Part shown: piece after piece, positions 49,839 to 61,056 of the stretch | Layout of the letters: the number at the start of each line of letters is the position of its first letter | Numbering within the stretch: position 1 is the stretch's first letter | Source: Octopus vulgaris | Taxonomy: Eukaryota | Direction of reading: 5' to 3' | Length of the DNA: 64,000 bases | Assembly: GCA_951406725.2 (NCBI GenBank) | Contig: OX597827.1 | Span: 40,982,001-41,046,000, forward strand | Made by a program: the position numbers and the translations under genes | Notes under the pieces: model-generated | Told to the model about the DNA's origin: nothing | Databases searched by the model: none | Seen by the model: only the letters and a program-made list of their open reading frames with translations

Positions 49839-50070
49839 AGTGGTGAGCTGGAAGAAACGTTAGCAAGCCGGGTGAAATGCTTAGCGGTATTTTGTCTGCC
49901 GCTACGTTCTGAGTTCAAATTCCGCCGAGGTCAACTTTGCCTTTCATCCTTTCGGGGACGGTTAAATAAGTACCAGTTACGCACTGGGGTCGATATAATT
50001 GACTTAATCCATTTGTCTGTCCTTGTTTGTCCTCTCTGCGTTTGGCCCCTAGTGGGTAGTAAAGAAATAG
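49839..50070 (+). mobile_element. SINE family C, full length
   Basis: Near-identical to 20887-21116. Confidence 0.9.
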
Positions 50071-50617
50071 GTAGATAGGTAGACAGAGAGACCGACAGGT
50101 ATATCGATGGATGGATGGGTGGGTTTGGATGGATAGATCAGAGAGACAGACAATTAGATGGATGGGTCAGATAGAAAGACAGATGGATCAGAGTGAGAGA
50201 GAGATACACACAAATATAAAGAGACAGACAGACATAAAGATGCAATAAGTGAAAGAGAGAGAGAGAAGCATAAAAAAAAACCTACTTTTGACAAACTGAG
50301 AAATAAAGAAAAATAGCAAGAAATTAGAACAGAAAAAAAGAAGGTGGTAGGGTAGTGGGAGAGATGTAGATTATTCATCAGGACAAGATTTGTGGGGGTG
50401 GGTTGGAGGAGATGAAACAGTCCACCAAACTGTTTATGGTCATTATTTTATCTTCATTTCATGTGTTTTATAGACTTTGGTCTTCATTTATGAGTTCCCG
50501 TTATTGGATTTGAATTTAGGTTTACTGTATATTGGGAGTGGGGGGGATGGGGTAGAAGTTAGATTTGAGGGTAAAGGTGAAGGATATTACACATATTAGA
50601 AATGCAAGGGCTGGAAG

Positions 50618-51086
50618 AAGCAGCAGCAGCAGCACTAGTAGTAGTGGTGGTGACAGTAGTAGTCATGGTGGTGGTGGTGGTGGTGGTGGTGGCTGTAGTA
50701 GTCGTGGTGGTGGCTGTAGTAGTCATGGTGGTGGTGGTGGTGGTGGCTATAGTAGTAGTAGTAATAGTAGTAGTAGTGTTTGTTGTTGTAGAAGTAGTGA
50801 TGGTGGTGGTGGTGGTGGTTGCTGTAGTAGTAGTAGTAGTAGCAGTATTTGTTGTTGTAGTAGAAGTAGTAGTAGTGGTGGTAGCAGTCATGGTAGTGGC
50901 GGTGGTTGTAGTAGTAGTAGTAGTAGCAGTAGTATTTGTTGTAGTAGTAGTAGTAGTAGTAATATTAGCAGTAGTATTTGTTGCTATTCTAGTAGTAGAA
51001 GTAGTAGTGGTGGTGGTAGTAATCATGGTGGTGATGGCAGTGGTTTTAGTAGTAGTATTTGTTGTTGTAGTAGTAGTAGTAGCAGT
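50618..51086. repeat. (GTA/GGT)n compound microsatellite
   Basis: Direct reading. Confidence 0.95.
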
Positions 51087-51419
51087 TTAACACCACTACC
51101 ACCACCCCCAGATCAGTTCTTATCAAACTGACCTATAATTGAAAGACTGTCCCAACATTTTTTTAAGCCAGTGTTTCAAAGCTGTACATAATCCAAAGTA
51201 TTCTTTTTCACTTCCTCTCTCTTTTTTTTTCTTCTCTTGTTCTTCCTTAAAATGCAATTTAAGAAAGATTCGGCTGTTCATTATCATCCTGTTTTAAATC
51301 CAGGGTGGGGGGTTGTCCCCCTTAATGGGGGTGGCAGGATCTACCTCAAGCCAACCCTCCCAATCTCCTCCTCCATCTGTCCCCTCCATGTTTTCTTCAG
51401 TCTACCTCACTTTTGTGGT

Positions 51420-52570
51420 CCATTTATCTCAAACTCAAGCACCCTCCTTCGAACATGCTCCTCATCACATGCCCATACCACTGCACTCTATTCGTCCTTG
51501 ACAGACATTCCACCAATTCCTCCAACCCCAGCATCCCCATCAAGTTCCTCCACACATTTCTCTCACCATTGCTCTCTCAGTCCTTCTCAAAATTGCCATC
51601 TCTCTCCCTCTCAGATACTATATCTCATTCCTGCCTTCCTGAGCTAGTTTTCCACCACATTTCTTGAAAATCATAGTAGAGGCCTTGGTCTCAGGACCAC
51701 TCATGTCTAGAAACTGAGGTTGGGAGTAAGCAAGGGCATGCTCCCTGTAGAAAATCCAGCCCCAAGAAAGCCTCATTATTGAGCTGTTATTTCTTTCAAA
51801 TCAAATGAATGATACAACATAACCATTTATCTCAAACTCAAGCAACCTCCTCCGAACATGATCCTCGTCCCTCCTCAACACAGGCCCATTCCACTGCACT
51901 CCATTCACCTTTGTCAGTCATTCCACTGATTCCTCCAGCCCCAGCATCCCCATCAAGTCCTCAGTTCTCCTCTTATCAAACACATTTCTCTCACCATTGC
52001 TCTCTCTCGGTCCTTCTCAAAATTGCCATCTCTCTCTCCCTGCCTTCCTGAGCCAGTTTTTCACCACATTTCTGAAAAATCATGGTAGAGGTCTTGGTCT
52101 CAGGACCACTCATGTCTAGAAACTGAGGTTGTGGGTAAGCAAGGGCATTCTCCCTATAGAAAATCCAACTCTGAGAAAGCCTCATTATAGAGCTGTTATT
52201 TCTTACAAATGAGGAGGTGCAATGGCCCAGTGGTTAGGGCAGTGGACTTGCTGTTGAAGGATCGTGGTTTCGATTCACGTTGTGTGTGTTTATTGAGTGA
52301 AAACACCTAAAAGCTCCACGAGGCTCTGGCAGGGGGTGGTGGTGTTCCCTGTTGTACTCTTTTGCCACAACTTTCTCTCACTCTCTCTTCCTGTTTCTTG
52401 GGTAACACTGTGATGGACTGATGTCCCATCCAGCTGGGGAGGAACACAAACGCCACAGAAACCAGGAAACCGGGCCCATGAGCCTGGCTAGGCTTGATAA
52501 TGGCAACATTTATTGCTATTTCTTACAAATCAAATGAATGATAGAACATAACCATTTTCTCAAATTCAGA
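51420..52570. repeat. ~403-bp tandem duplication containing an antisense RTE fragment
   Basis: Units start at 51420 and 51823, with a third start at ~52551; minus strand encodes NRVQWYGHVM..RRRVLEFEING. Confidence 0.85.
52211..52516 (+). mobile_element. SINE family B with 14-bp TSD
   Basis: TSD TATTTCTTACAAAT at 52197-52210 and 52517-52530. Confidence 0.9.
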
Positions 52571-52689
52571 ATTGTGAAAGCATGGAATAAACCAGCTGTG
52601 TCAGTTTTTGAATTTATGGGCATGGAATCCTTTGAAAATACCATTTTTCTTGAAATTCCCCAACATTATTTCTGATGTGCTTTTTTTTA

Positions 52690-53350
52690 CCTTTTATCTT
52701 TTATTTGTTTCAGTTATTTGACTGCGGCCATGCTGGGGCACCGCCTTGAAAGGTTTCAGTTGAACAAATGCCCCCCCACCCCCCACCCATGACTTCTCTT
52801 TTTTAAGCCTGGTACGTATTCTATCGGTCTCTTTTGCTGAACCATCAAGTTACAGAGATGTAAATATACCAACACTGGTTGTCAAGTGGTAGTGGTGGTG
52901 GTGGTGGGGACAAAGACAGACACACATAGATATATATATGTGTGTATATATATATATATACACAATGGGCTTCTTTCAGTTTTTTTTTCTTTTTTGCCCA
53001 CAAGGGGCTAAACATAGAGGGGACAAACAAGGACAAACAAAGGGACTAAGTCGATTACATCGACCCCAGTGCGTAACTGGTACTTAGTTTATTGACCCCC
53101 AAAAGGATGAAAGGCAAAGTCGACCTCGGCGGAATTTGAACTCAGAACATTAAAGATAGACGAAATACCGCTAAGCATTTTGCCCAGCATGCTAATGTTT
53201 CTGCCAGCTCATTTCCTTCTTTCAGTTTCTGACTACCAAATCAACTCACAAGGTTTTGGTTGGCCTGAAGCTATAGCAGAAGACGCATGCCCAAGGTGCC
53301 ACACAGTAAGATTGAACCTGGAGCCACATGGTTGGGAAGCAAACTTCTTA
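52690..53350 (-). mobile_element. SINE family A with a family C SINE nested at ~52983-53215
   Basis: CTTCTTTCAGTTT duplicated on both sides of the inner element. Confidence 0.85.
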
Positions 53351-53499
53351 CCACACAGCCATGCTTGCACCCTTTCTTCTTTAGAGCTCTTTTACTGTTG
53401 ATTTTACTCTATTTCCCTATGTACTCTGCATGCAGTTTTGGGTTTTATTTCTGTTTTTCTATACCAGACTTATTGCCGTTTTCTGTCTCCTCTTTTATT

Positions 53500-53560
53500 C
53501 TTTTCCAACAAGTTGTAGTGCACCTGAGCACTGTATACAATAAGCTCTTTATTATTACTA
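53500..53560 (+). mobile_element. Short CR1/L2 3' tail
   Basis: AGTTGTAGTGCACCTGAGCACTGTA matches the tail of the 56631-57857 element. Confidence 0.7.
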
Positions 53561-54244
53561 TGACTTTTTTTTTTTATTGACATATGGTTAAGAAGTTCAA
53601 ACATAGAAAATAGAGATAGTTAGATTGACATAGATAAGTGGCTATATTGATCCATAATATTATTTTAAATGGCTGCAGACAGCACAGCTGTGTTCAAATT
53701 CTTTACAGTACAAAATATAACATTTTATAAACTTTATGCGCAGAGGAATCTGGATAAAGCTACACCTATCTCCAGTTGAAACATTTGCAAGTTGTAGGTA
53801 GCAAATAAATAAAATGAAGCTACTACACTCCATCATCAAATGCAGTGAGTATTTTTCTAAGATTCACAGGTAAGTTCTGTAGCTTACTAACAAAGAGCAG
53901 TACATGGTTGCCTCCATAGTGAGAGCTAGTAAGGATCTTCATGAGGCAGTATGCCAGGTGAAATTACTGCGTTTACTTCACAAGTTGTGAAATTTGTGTT
54001 CTTGTGATCACGTGTATGCCATAGTCTGCAGTTTTGTCATGTAGTACAAATGTCTTGTTTTCATAAATTTTGAATTAAAATCTTCCACCAAACCTTAGTC
54101 ACAATTAATGGTCTCTGACACTAGCTTAATGATAACTAAGTTATTTTACTAAATTCTTTGTTATATCTAAAACAATTGAGAAAAACACAGAGCATCTCAA
54201 AATAAATACAGTAAGAAAAGGGTTAAACTTAGGAAGTCTGCTAT

Positions 54245-54530
54245 TTAGCCAGATTTAGCACCTGTGAACGTCCATCTCTTCCCTGAGATGAAAATGCAGA
54301 TCAAAGGTTGCCGTTTTAACACCATAGTCAGGATCCAGAGTGAATAACAAAAGGTCCTCAACTTGCTTATGGAAAACAACTTCCAGGCCAAATTCCAAAA
54401 GTGGCAGGAATGCTGGGGCCAGTGTATTGCTGTGCAAGGCAAGAATTTTAAAGGAGATGATGTTAAAACTTAGGTAAATAAGTTATTTTTTATTAAACAT
54501 AATAAGTCTGGGGACTTTTTGGTACCACTA
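54245..54530 (+). pseudogene. mariner transposase C-terminal remnant
   Basis: PDLAP..HLFPEMKMQIKGCRF...FQKWQECWGQCIAVQGKNFKGD. Confidence 0.8.
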
Positions 54531-54568
54531 AGGTATGACTAAGGATATCTATATTATTACATAAACTG

Positions 54569-54710
54569 AGGCATGGCTGTATGCATAAGAAGTTTGCTTC
54601 CCAACCATGTGGTTTGGGGTTCATTTATACTGTGTGGTACTTTGGGCAACTGTCTATTGTACACTTGGGTTGACTAAAGCCTTGTGAGTGAATTGGTAGG
54701 CAGAAACTGG
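54569..54710 (+). mobile_element. SINE family A head, diverged
   Basis: Matches the 5' half of family A. Confidence 0.7.
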
Positions 54711-54723
54711 ATATATATATATA

Positions 54724-54876
54724 TCATCATCATCATCATCATCATCGTTTAGCGTCCGCTTTCCATGCTAGCATGGGTTGGACGGTTCAACAGGGGTCTG
54801 GGAAGCCAGAAGGCTGCACCAGGCCCAGTTTGATCTGGCAATGTTTCTACGGCTGGATGCCCTTCCTAACGCCAAC
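54724..54876 (-). mobile_element. RTE 3' tail fragment
   Basis: Reverse complement of ~39295-39433. Confidence 0.88.
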
Positions 54877-55119
54877 GTAGAGTTAGACGTTGGAATAACC
54901 ATCTAAAGGTATCTGTTTTACATCCGGTATAATTACCTATCTTAAACCTGGACATACATATGCAAGCATATTATACTCATAGGTTACATGTAATGATAAA
55001 TATAAACAGGAGTTTATCAGGAATCAAATCTAAAGTAAACAGAAATGGAGAAATATTGATCAACAACAATTGACTTACATCCATGATTATTTTTTAATTC
55101 AATACAATAGACTACATCC

Positions 55120-55236
55120 CATCTAACAGCTGTTTCTGCTTCCAGTGTTATTTAGTATTGCCACTGATATGCTAAAAATTATATTCACCAGATTTGGTAA
55201 TAAAACTGATCTGGGATATGGAGCTTCATCAGAGTG
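55120..55236 (-). ncRNA. Minimal hammerhead motif with long stem II insertion
   Basis: CACT-CTGATGA-AGCTCC...GGAAGCA-GAAA-C-AGCT-G-TT-AGATG. Confidence 0.5.
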
Positions 55237-55514
55237 AAGAAAAATACATACATAAAAGAAAGAAGACTCTAGAGAGGAAAAGGAAAGTCTGAGTATGTTT
55301 AAATCATACCATTTTGCTTATGTGTCTATTTGGGACATTGAATAAATGACTAAGCTTAAAATAGTAATTGGTGGATTAATTTTTTCTATTGGGGTGATAG
55401 GGTGATAAGTAATTATAAAAAGTAAAAATTTTTTAAAATTTACAATAATGGGATATGCCAATAGGTTTAGTCAAGGAGAGAGTGAAGGTACCATAAAGTT
55501 TTGAAGTGATCATA

Positions 55515-56222
55515 ATAGTTTTTAATAATTATGTTTATGTTTGTTCCTTCTCGAGCCACGCCTGGCTCATAAGGGCCGGTTTCCCGGTTTCCTTGGTGTA
55601 TAGGTTCCCCACCTGGATGGGACGCTGGTTCATCGCAAGTGAGCTGCAAGATGCAGGAGGAAAGAAGAGAAAGAGTCAGCAGTTCACCATTACCTTCTAC
55701 CGGAGCCGCGTGGAGCTTAGGTGTTTCGCTCATAAACACACGCATCGCCCAGTCTGAGATTCGAACCCATGATCCCTCGACCGCGAGTCCACTGCTCTAA
55801 CCACTAGGCCATGTGCCTCCACAATTATGTTTATAGTACTAATTAATAGTTTTTATCATAATAAAGTGCCCAACAATTCATTTCAATTATTTACTAATAT
55901 GTGATAAAGTCTAACCACCTATTGCCAGTAATGGGACTGACCAAGGTCCAGCGTTTGATATAATTAGTCAGTTAAATTTAAAAACAAAGAACAAGCTATT
56001 AAGACCATTGTACAGGTTGATATTTATCTATTCATTTCAACCTGCATAACAGTCTTAATAGCTTGCCTTTAATTGACTAATTATATCAAATGCTGGACCT
56101 TGGTCAGTCCTATACTGGCAATAGGTGGTTGGACTTGAGTAAATAACTGAAATGAATTGTTGGGTACTTTATTATGGTAAAAACTATTAATTAGTACTAT
56201 AAACATGATTATTAAAAACTAT
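55515..56222. repeat. Fold-back palindrome with ~190-210-bp arms; left arm split by a SINE
   Basis: 55515-55538 plus 55835-56020 is the reverse complement of 56037-56222; 16-bp spacer. Confidence 0.88.
55539..55822 (-). mobile_element. SINE family B with 12-bp TSD
   Basis: TSD AATTATGTTTAT at 55527-55538 and 55823-55834. Confidence 0.92.
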
Positions 56223-56630
56223 ATATATATATGTGTGTGTGTGTACATTGTTACATACGTATGTACATATTTATATACATATGTATGTATGTTTGGATTT
56301 ATGCATGGATGTGTGTTTGCTTCCGTTTGTCTTAACACATGTTAGTTGTAAAAAGGTGTTGCTGTCAGTCAAGTGCTGTCGTTCATTTCCATTCTTCCAG
56401 CAAAGCATGTCCAGCCATGGAGAAATATGAACTTGCTCAGAAACAGGTGAGGGTTAGTGACAGGAAGGGCATGCAGCTGTTGGAAATCTACCTCAATGAA
56501 CTCTCTCCTGTTCTTGCAAGCATGGCAAAGTGGATGTTAAAATGAGGAGGAGTGTGGTGGTGGTGGCGGCGGCAGTGAAGGTGATGATGACGATGATTGA
56601 GAGTTATATAAGACTGGCAATACAGACAAG

Positions 56631-57857
56631 AAAATAATAATAATAATAATAATTGTGTACAGTGCTCAGGTGCACTACAACTCATCTAAAGTGTATATAT
56701 AATCAGGTGAAGTTTCGGCGGATTTCGGAAAGCATGAGGGCCTTAAAAGATGCAGTGTCATGGCAGTCAACAACTGACGCAGGCAGTTTATTCCATGCTT
56801 CAGCAACTCTGAGCGTGAAAAAATGTTTCCGAAAGTCATGGGAGCTGTATTGTTTTCTGACTTTGTAGGCATGTCCACGTGTGTTAGACACATGGAGATC
56901 AAAAAGGTGTTCAGTGTTGTTGTTGGTGAGGTGGTTGATAACTTTGTGGGTGTTTACCAAGTCCGTCGCCAAACGCCGGAGCTTCAGTGAATCCATGCCC
57001 AGGGAAACAAGGCGCTCAGAATATGGTAGGTGTCTGATGGAGGGTATGCGTTTGGTTGCACGTCTCTGGACAGATTCCAGGAGGTCAATGTTCTGTGCAA
57101 GATAGGGGTTCCAAACTGATGATGCGAATTCCAAGTGTGGTCGTACCATAGCTGTATACAGTTTTAAATAGATGGCTGGAGAGCGGCTAACAAAAGACCT
57201 GCTGAGTGATGCCAAGACACCCTCGGCCTTCCTGACAATCTTAGAGATATGCTTTGACCAACGCAAATCACTGCTGACAGTGATGCCTAGGTCACGCTCG
57301 CAAGAGGATTTCTTGATATCAGTGTTGTGGAGGGAGTATGTGAACGCAGGGTTTTTTCTCCCAAAATGCATGGTGGTACACTTGTCCACAGCCAGTTTCA
57401 GTTGCCAGTCTGTGATCCATTGCTGCATTGTGTCTAGGTCTGATTGCAGGAAAGAGTTGTAGACATCAGGATCTGTCCTCTTGATTTCAAGGTACAGCTT
57501 GATGTCGTCTGCATATTTCAATACTGTGGCATTCTTTAAATTGGCATCTATGTCGTTAATGTATGCCACAAACAAGAGGGGGCCAAGGACAGATCCCTGT
57601 GGTACACCCGATGACATCTCATATGGTGTAGAGTGCTGTCCTAGAACTGTGACTACCTCCTTTCGGCTGAGGATGAAGGATTTCAACCAGTTAAAAAGGT
57701 CATCCCCCACACCCATTGCAGAGAGTTTCACCATAAGCCTTTTGTGTGGCACAGAGTTGAAAGCCTTAGCAAAGTCAAGGTAGACAACATCCACCCATGA
57801 GCCACTGTCAGTAATCTGAGTAATGTCCTCAAGGAACTCGACAAGCTGGTCACTGCA
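56631..57857 (-). mobile_element. 5'-truncated CR1/L2-group LINE with intact RT C-terminal ORF and (ATT)n tail
   Basis: YLDFAKAFNSV, SGVPQGSVLGP, KYADD, VRPHLEFASSVWNP, TRGH and WNKLP motifs; ORF stop at 56703. Confidence 0.93.
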
Positions 57858-58493
57858 GAAAGAAAGACAATAGATTGATAGAGAGATAAACATGAAAGAG
57901 GGAGATATAGAAAGACACAGAGAGAGAGAGAGAGTGAGCAAGAAAGAGAAAGGTAAGTGAGCCAACAGATAAAGACAGATAGGTAGGTAGGTAGGTTGGT
58001 ATGATGCTCTATATATACTAAATTCCATACAAGTCTTCTCTCTTGCACATCACTGACCAACAATCAAAGTATGTTTACAGTCTTTGTATACTGAAGTCCT
58101 GCTCCAAAATGACGTCTAACACTCTTCTTGTTTATAAATGATGTATTTCATAACAATTACGTGGCATGTCTTCTTTTTCTTACTTTTTTCTTTGCAGGAA
58201 AGAAGTACGTTATTGTTTAGCACAAAAGAGTATGGAAAAGAAGATATGTCATACATTTGCTACAAAATAAGATTTAGCATTTGAATGACAAGTGTTAAGG
58301 GCTTTTATAAACAGATGAATATAGGTAAAAAATATAAACACAGATGTATACATATATACGTATATATACACACACATACACTTAGGCATGTATATATATA
58401 TATATTATATATGTTATTTAGAGATAGCAGTCCCCATCATCACACCATGTGAAAGAATTTAATTTAATACTTACTACTCATTTCTAAATCTCT

Positions 58494-58586
58494 GCTACAC
58501 GTGTTTCTTGAGGTTCTTTTACGGTTCCTTAAGCATGCACCGTTTTACAGGAACATTTCTTAAAATGTAGCCCCAATCATCAGGCC
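58494..58586 (-). ncRNA. Minimal hammerhead motif with branched stem II
   Basis: GGC-CTGATGA-TTGGGG...CCTCAA-GAAA-C-ACGT-G-TA-GC: 6-bp stem II, palindromic ACGT loop 3, GUA site. Confidence 0.6.
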
Positions 58587-58897
58587 TCTAAATAACTTTA
58601 TCATAGTTCAATACCAAATACTATATTTTAATTTTAACAGATAAGTATGCGTGTGTGCAAATAGATTCACCGGACCTTACTGTGCAAGCCATAATTTAAT
58701 TCAAATAAAATTAATGAAAATAAAAAAATTAAAAATTTACAAAAACTAAATTCTCACGTAACTTATGTCTGTAAACATTCATATAAAATTAATAATATGT
58801 AGGGATAAAAATAAAATATATACTTGTGATGATATAATACTGAAAGCTATGACAAATATATTTGAATAAAAACTATAGTTATTTTAACTATACACCT

Positions 58898-59052
58898 AGC
58901 CATAGAAAATTTGCCTCTACAAATTCCTTCTGACCCAGGGACATTAAATGATGAAACGTGTGTGAATGAGCAGTATAAGAGGTAGACTCAGAGAATCATG
59001 TGGCTATCACAGAAACTTCCATAATTTCTTCAATACCATCATTAATACTACA
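58898..59052 (+). repeat. 155-bp dispersed direct duplication of 60243-60397
   Basis: Ungapped match at offset 1345. Confidence 0.9.
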
Positions 59053-59111
59053 AGTACAAATGACAAAATGCAAAAAGAAAATTTACAAATGATAAGAATG
59101 ATAAAAATTTT

Positions 59112-59195
59112 AAATTTACAAAGTAAAAATTAGAGCGTAATAACTTAAGAGTAACGTAATAACTTATTACGCTCTAATTTTTACTTTGTAAATTT
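59112..59195. repeat. Perfect 32-bp inverted repeat with 20-bp spacer
   Basis: AAATTTACAAAGTAAAAATTAGAGCGTAATAA and its exact reverse complement at 59164-59195. Confidence 0.92.
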
Positions 59196-59526
59196 TATAT
59201 AAAGTGGAAGAAATGCTAATGGTGTAGATTTGTTTACAGTGAGTCTTAACTTGTGTGACCCCACACATTATGATTTCAAAACCATATTCTGTGGCACATA
59301 TAGAATGAGACAAGCAGTATCAGATAGTAAAGTGCTACAAACTTCCACTGACTAGACTGTAGCCTTGAGTGATGCTTTCTTAACCATTTCATCTGGCATT
59401 GTTCCCTCTTCTGCCAGTTCAAGGAGTTGGATCAGTCGTTGTCTACATCCACAGCTCCACTGCTGAGGTCTTGAAGAGGGGCTTCAATCTGGATTCTCTC
59501 TTTTGATATTGGCACCATTGGTGCTA

Positions 59527-59760
59527 AGGCGGTGATAGCTGGCAGAGTCGTTAGCATGTCTGGCAAAATGCTTAACGGCATTTCATTGGTCTTACTGTTC
59601 TGAGTTCAAATTCTGCTGAGATCGACGTTGCCTTTCATCTTTTCAGGATCGACAAAATAAGTACCAGTTGAACACTGAGGTTGATATAATCGACTTGGCC
59701 CAACCCACCAATCTCCCACTACACCCAAAATCGCTAGCCTAGGGCCAAAATTTGAAATCA
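59527..59760 (+). mobile_element. SINE family C with degenerate TSD
   Basis: Family C head; ATATT(G/A)GCACCAT(T/G)GGT on both sides. Confidence 0.8.
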
Positions 59761-59932
59761 ATATTAGCACCATGGGTAGCCCTGACAGGAGTGTGAGACT
59801 GTTGATGGCATTGTTTTTAGTTTAATTGCCCTACACAAGCTCTCCACCACAACAAAGAATGACTATCAGAAAGATATGTGTGTGTGTGCATGTGTACCTG
59901 AATATGTGTGTTTGTGTGCATGCACATATGCA

Positions 59933-60298
59933 AGCATGGCTGTGTGATTAAGAAGCTTGCTTCCCAACCATGAGGTTTCAGGTTCAGTACCACTGCACAG
60001 CACCTTGGACAAGTGTCTTCTACTATATCCCAAGTTAACAAAAAACTGAAAGAAACCCATATGCATGTGTGTGTGTGTGTGTATGTACAATTATCTTGAC
60101 ATGATGATGGCTGTAAATGAGCATCACCTTTATAGAAACAATGTTGTTCATTTCTGGTGTCTTCTGTGGTAAAACAATTCTGGCCCTGAGAAATATTACC
60201 TTGCTTGGAAACAAATAAGAATTGGCAACAGGAAGGGCATCCAGCCATAGGAAATTTGCCTCTACAAATTCCTTCTGACCCAGGGACATTAAATGATG
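59933..60298 (+). mobile_element. SINE with family A head and RTE-type tail
   Basis: Family A head, TG tract, different body (also at ~56320-56525), then AGGAAGGGCATCCAGCC...GGACATTAAATGATGA. Confidence 0.7.
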
Positions 60299-60504
60299 AA
60301 ACGTGTGTGAATGAGCAGTATAAGATGTAGACTCAGAGAATCATGTGGCTACCAAAGAAACTTCCATAATTTCTTCAATACCATTATTAACACTACATGA
60401 AGAAGGTTGCAAAGCAGCTGTAATCCTATAGAAGTCACATAGCTAAATAACTATATATTCATTTCTTATTATCTCCTATGTGTATGTTTATATATATATA
60501 TATA

Positions 60505-61056
60505 TTGGGTTGTCCGGAAAGTTCATGCCGATTTATAGTAGCTTACCTTTCGACTTATTTTAGAACATCGTTGCATCCATAAAATAGGATTTGACTACAC
60601 CTCCATTTAGAGCACAGTTTAAGCTATCTTTTCGTGGAAGATTTATGTTCCTATAACCTTTGTTAATTCTGTAACCCTTTAAAATGGAAGATAAGAAAGT
60701 TCATTTTCGGTACTTGATGCTTTGGGAACCAGACAAAAATTGCTACAGTTCGGCTGGGATGTGTTACCCCGCCCTCCATATTCACAAGATATTGCTCCTT
60801 TGGATTTCCACTTATTCATGGTCTCTGCAGAATAGTCTTAATGGTAAAAATTTCAATTCCTTGGATGATGTAAAAAGATACCTTGATGAATTCTTTGCAC
60901 TGAAACCACCTCAATTCTGGGAAGAGAGTATTTTCAAGATAAAGGAAAGATGGAGACGCATTGTGCAACAAAATGGTTCATATCTGGTTGATTAAAAATG
61001 TAATGGCAAGTAAATATTGACCTTTTTCTTTCCTTTAAAAACTGGCACGAACTTTC
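60505..61056 (+). mobile_element. Internally deleted mariner; right TIR truncated by an RTE 3' UTR
   Basis: Same family and same deletion junction as 46507-47073. Confidence 0.92.

Noticed and set aside
52211-52290. tRNA-like sequence with A and B boxes
   Set aside because: Head of a multicopy SINE with body, tail and TSD; no complete cloverleaf, so no tRNA gene was called here or at other SINE heads
57858-58028. Hydrophobic N-terminal extension of the 441-aa RT ORF
   Set aside because: Read-through into flanking CT/GA microsatellite beyond the LINE truncation point
58110-58300. Imperfect inverted repeat including a TTTGCAG acceptor-like site
   Set aside because: Heavily decayed arms, most likely an old MITE; no donor or coherent ORF
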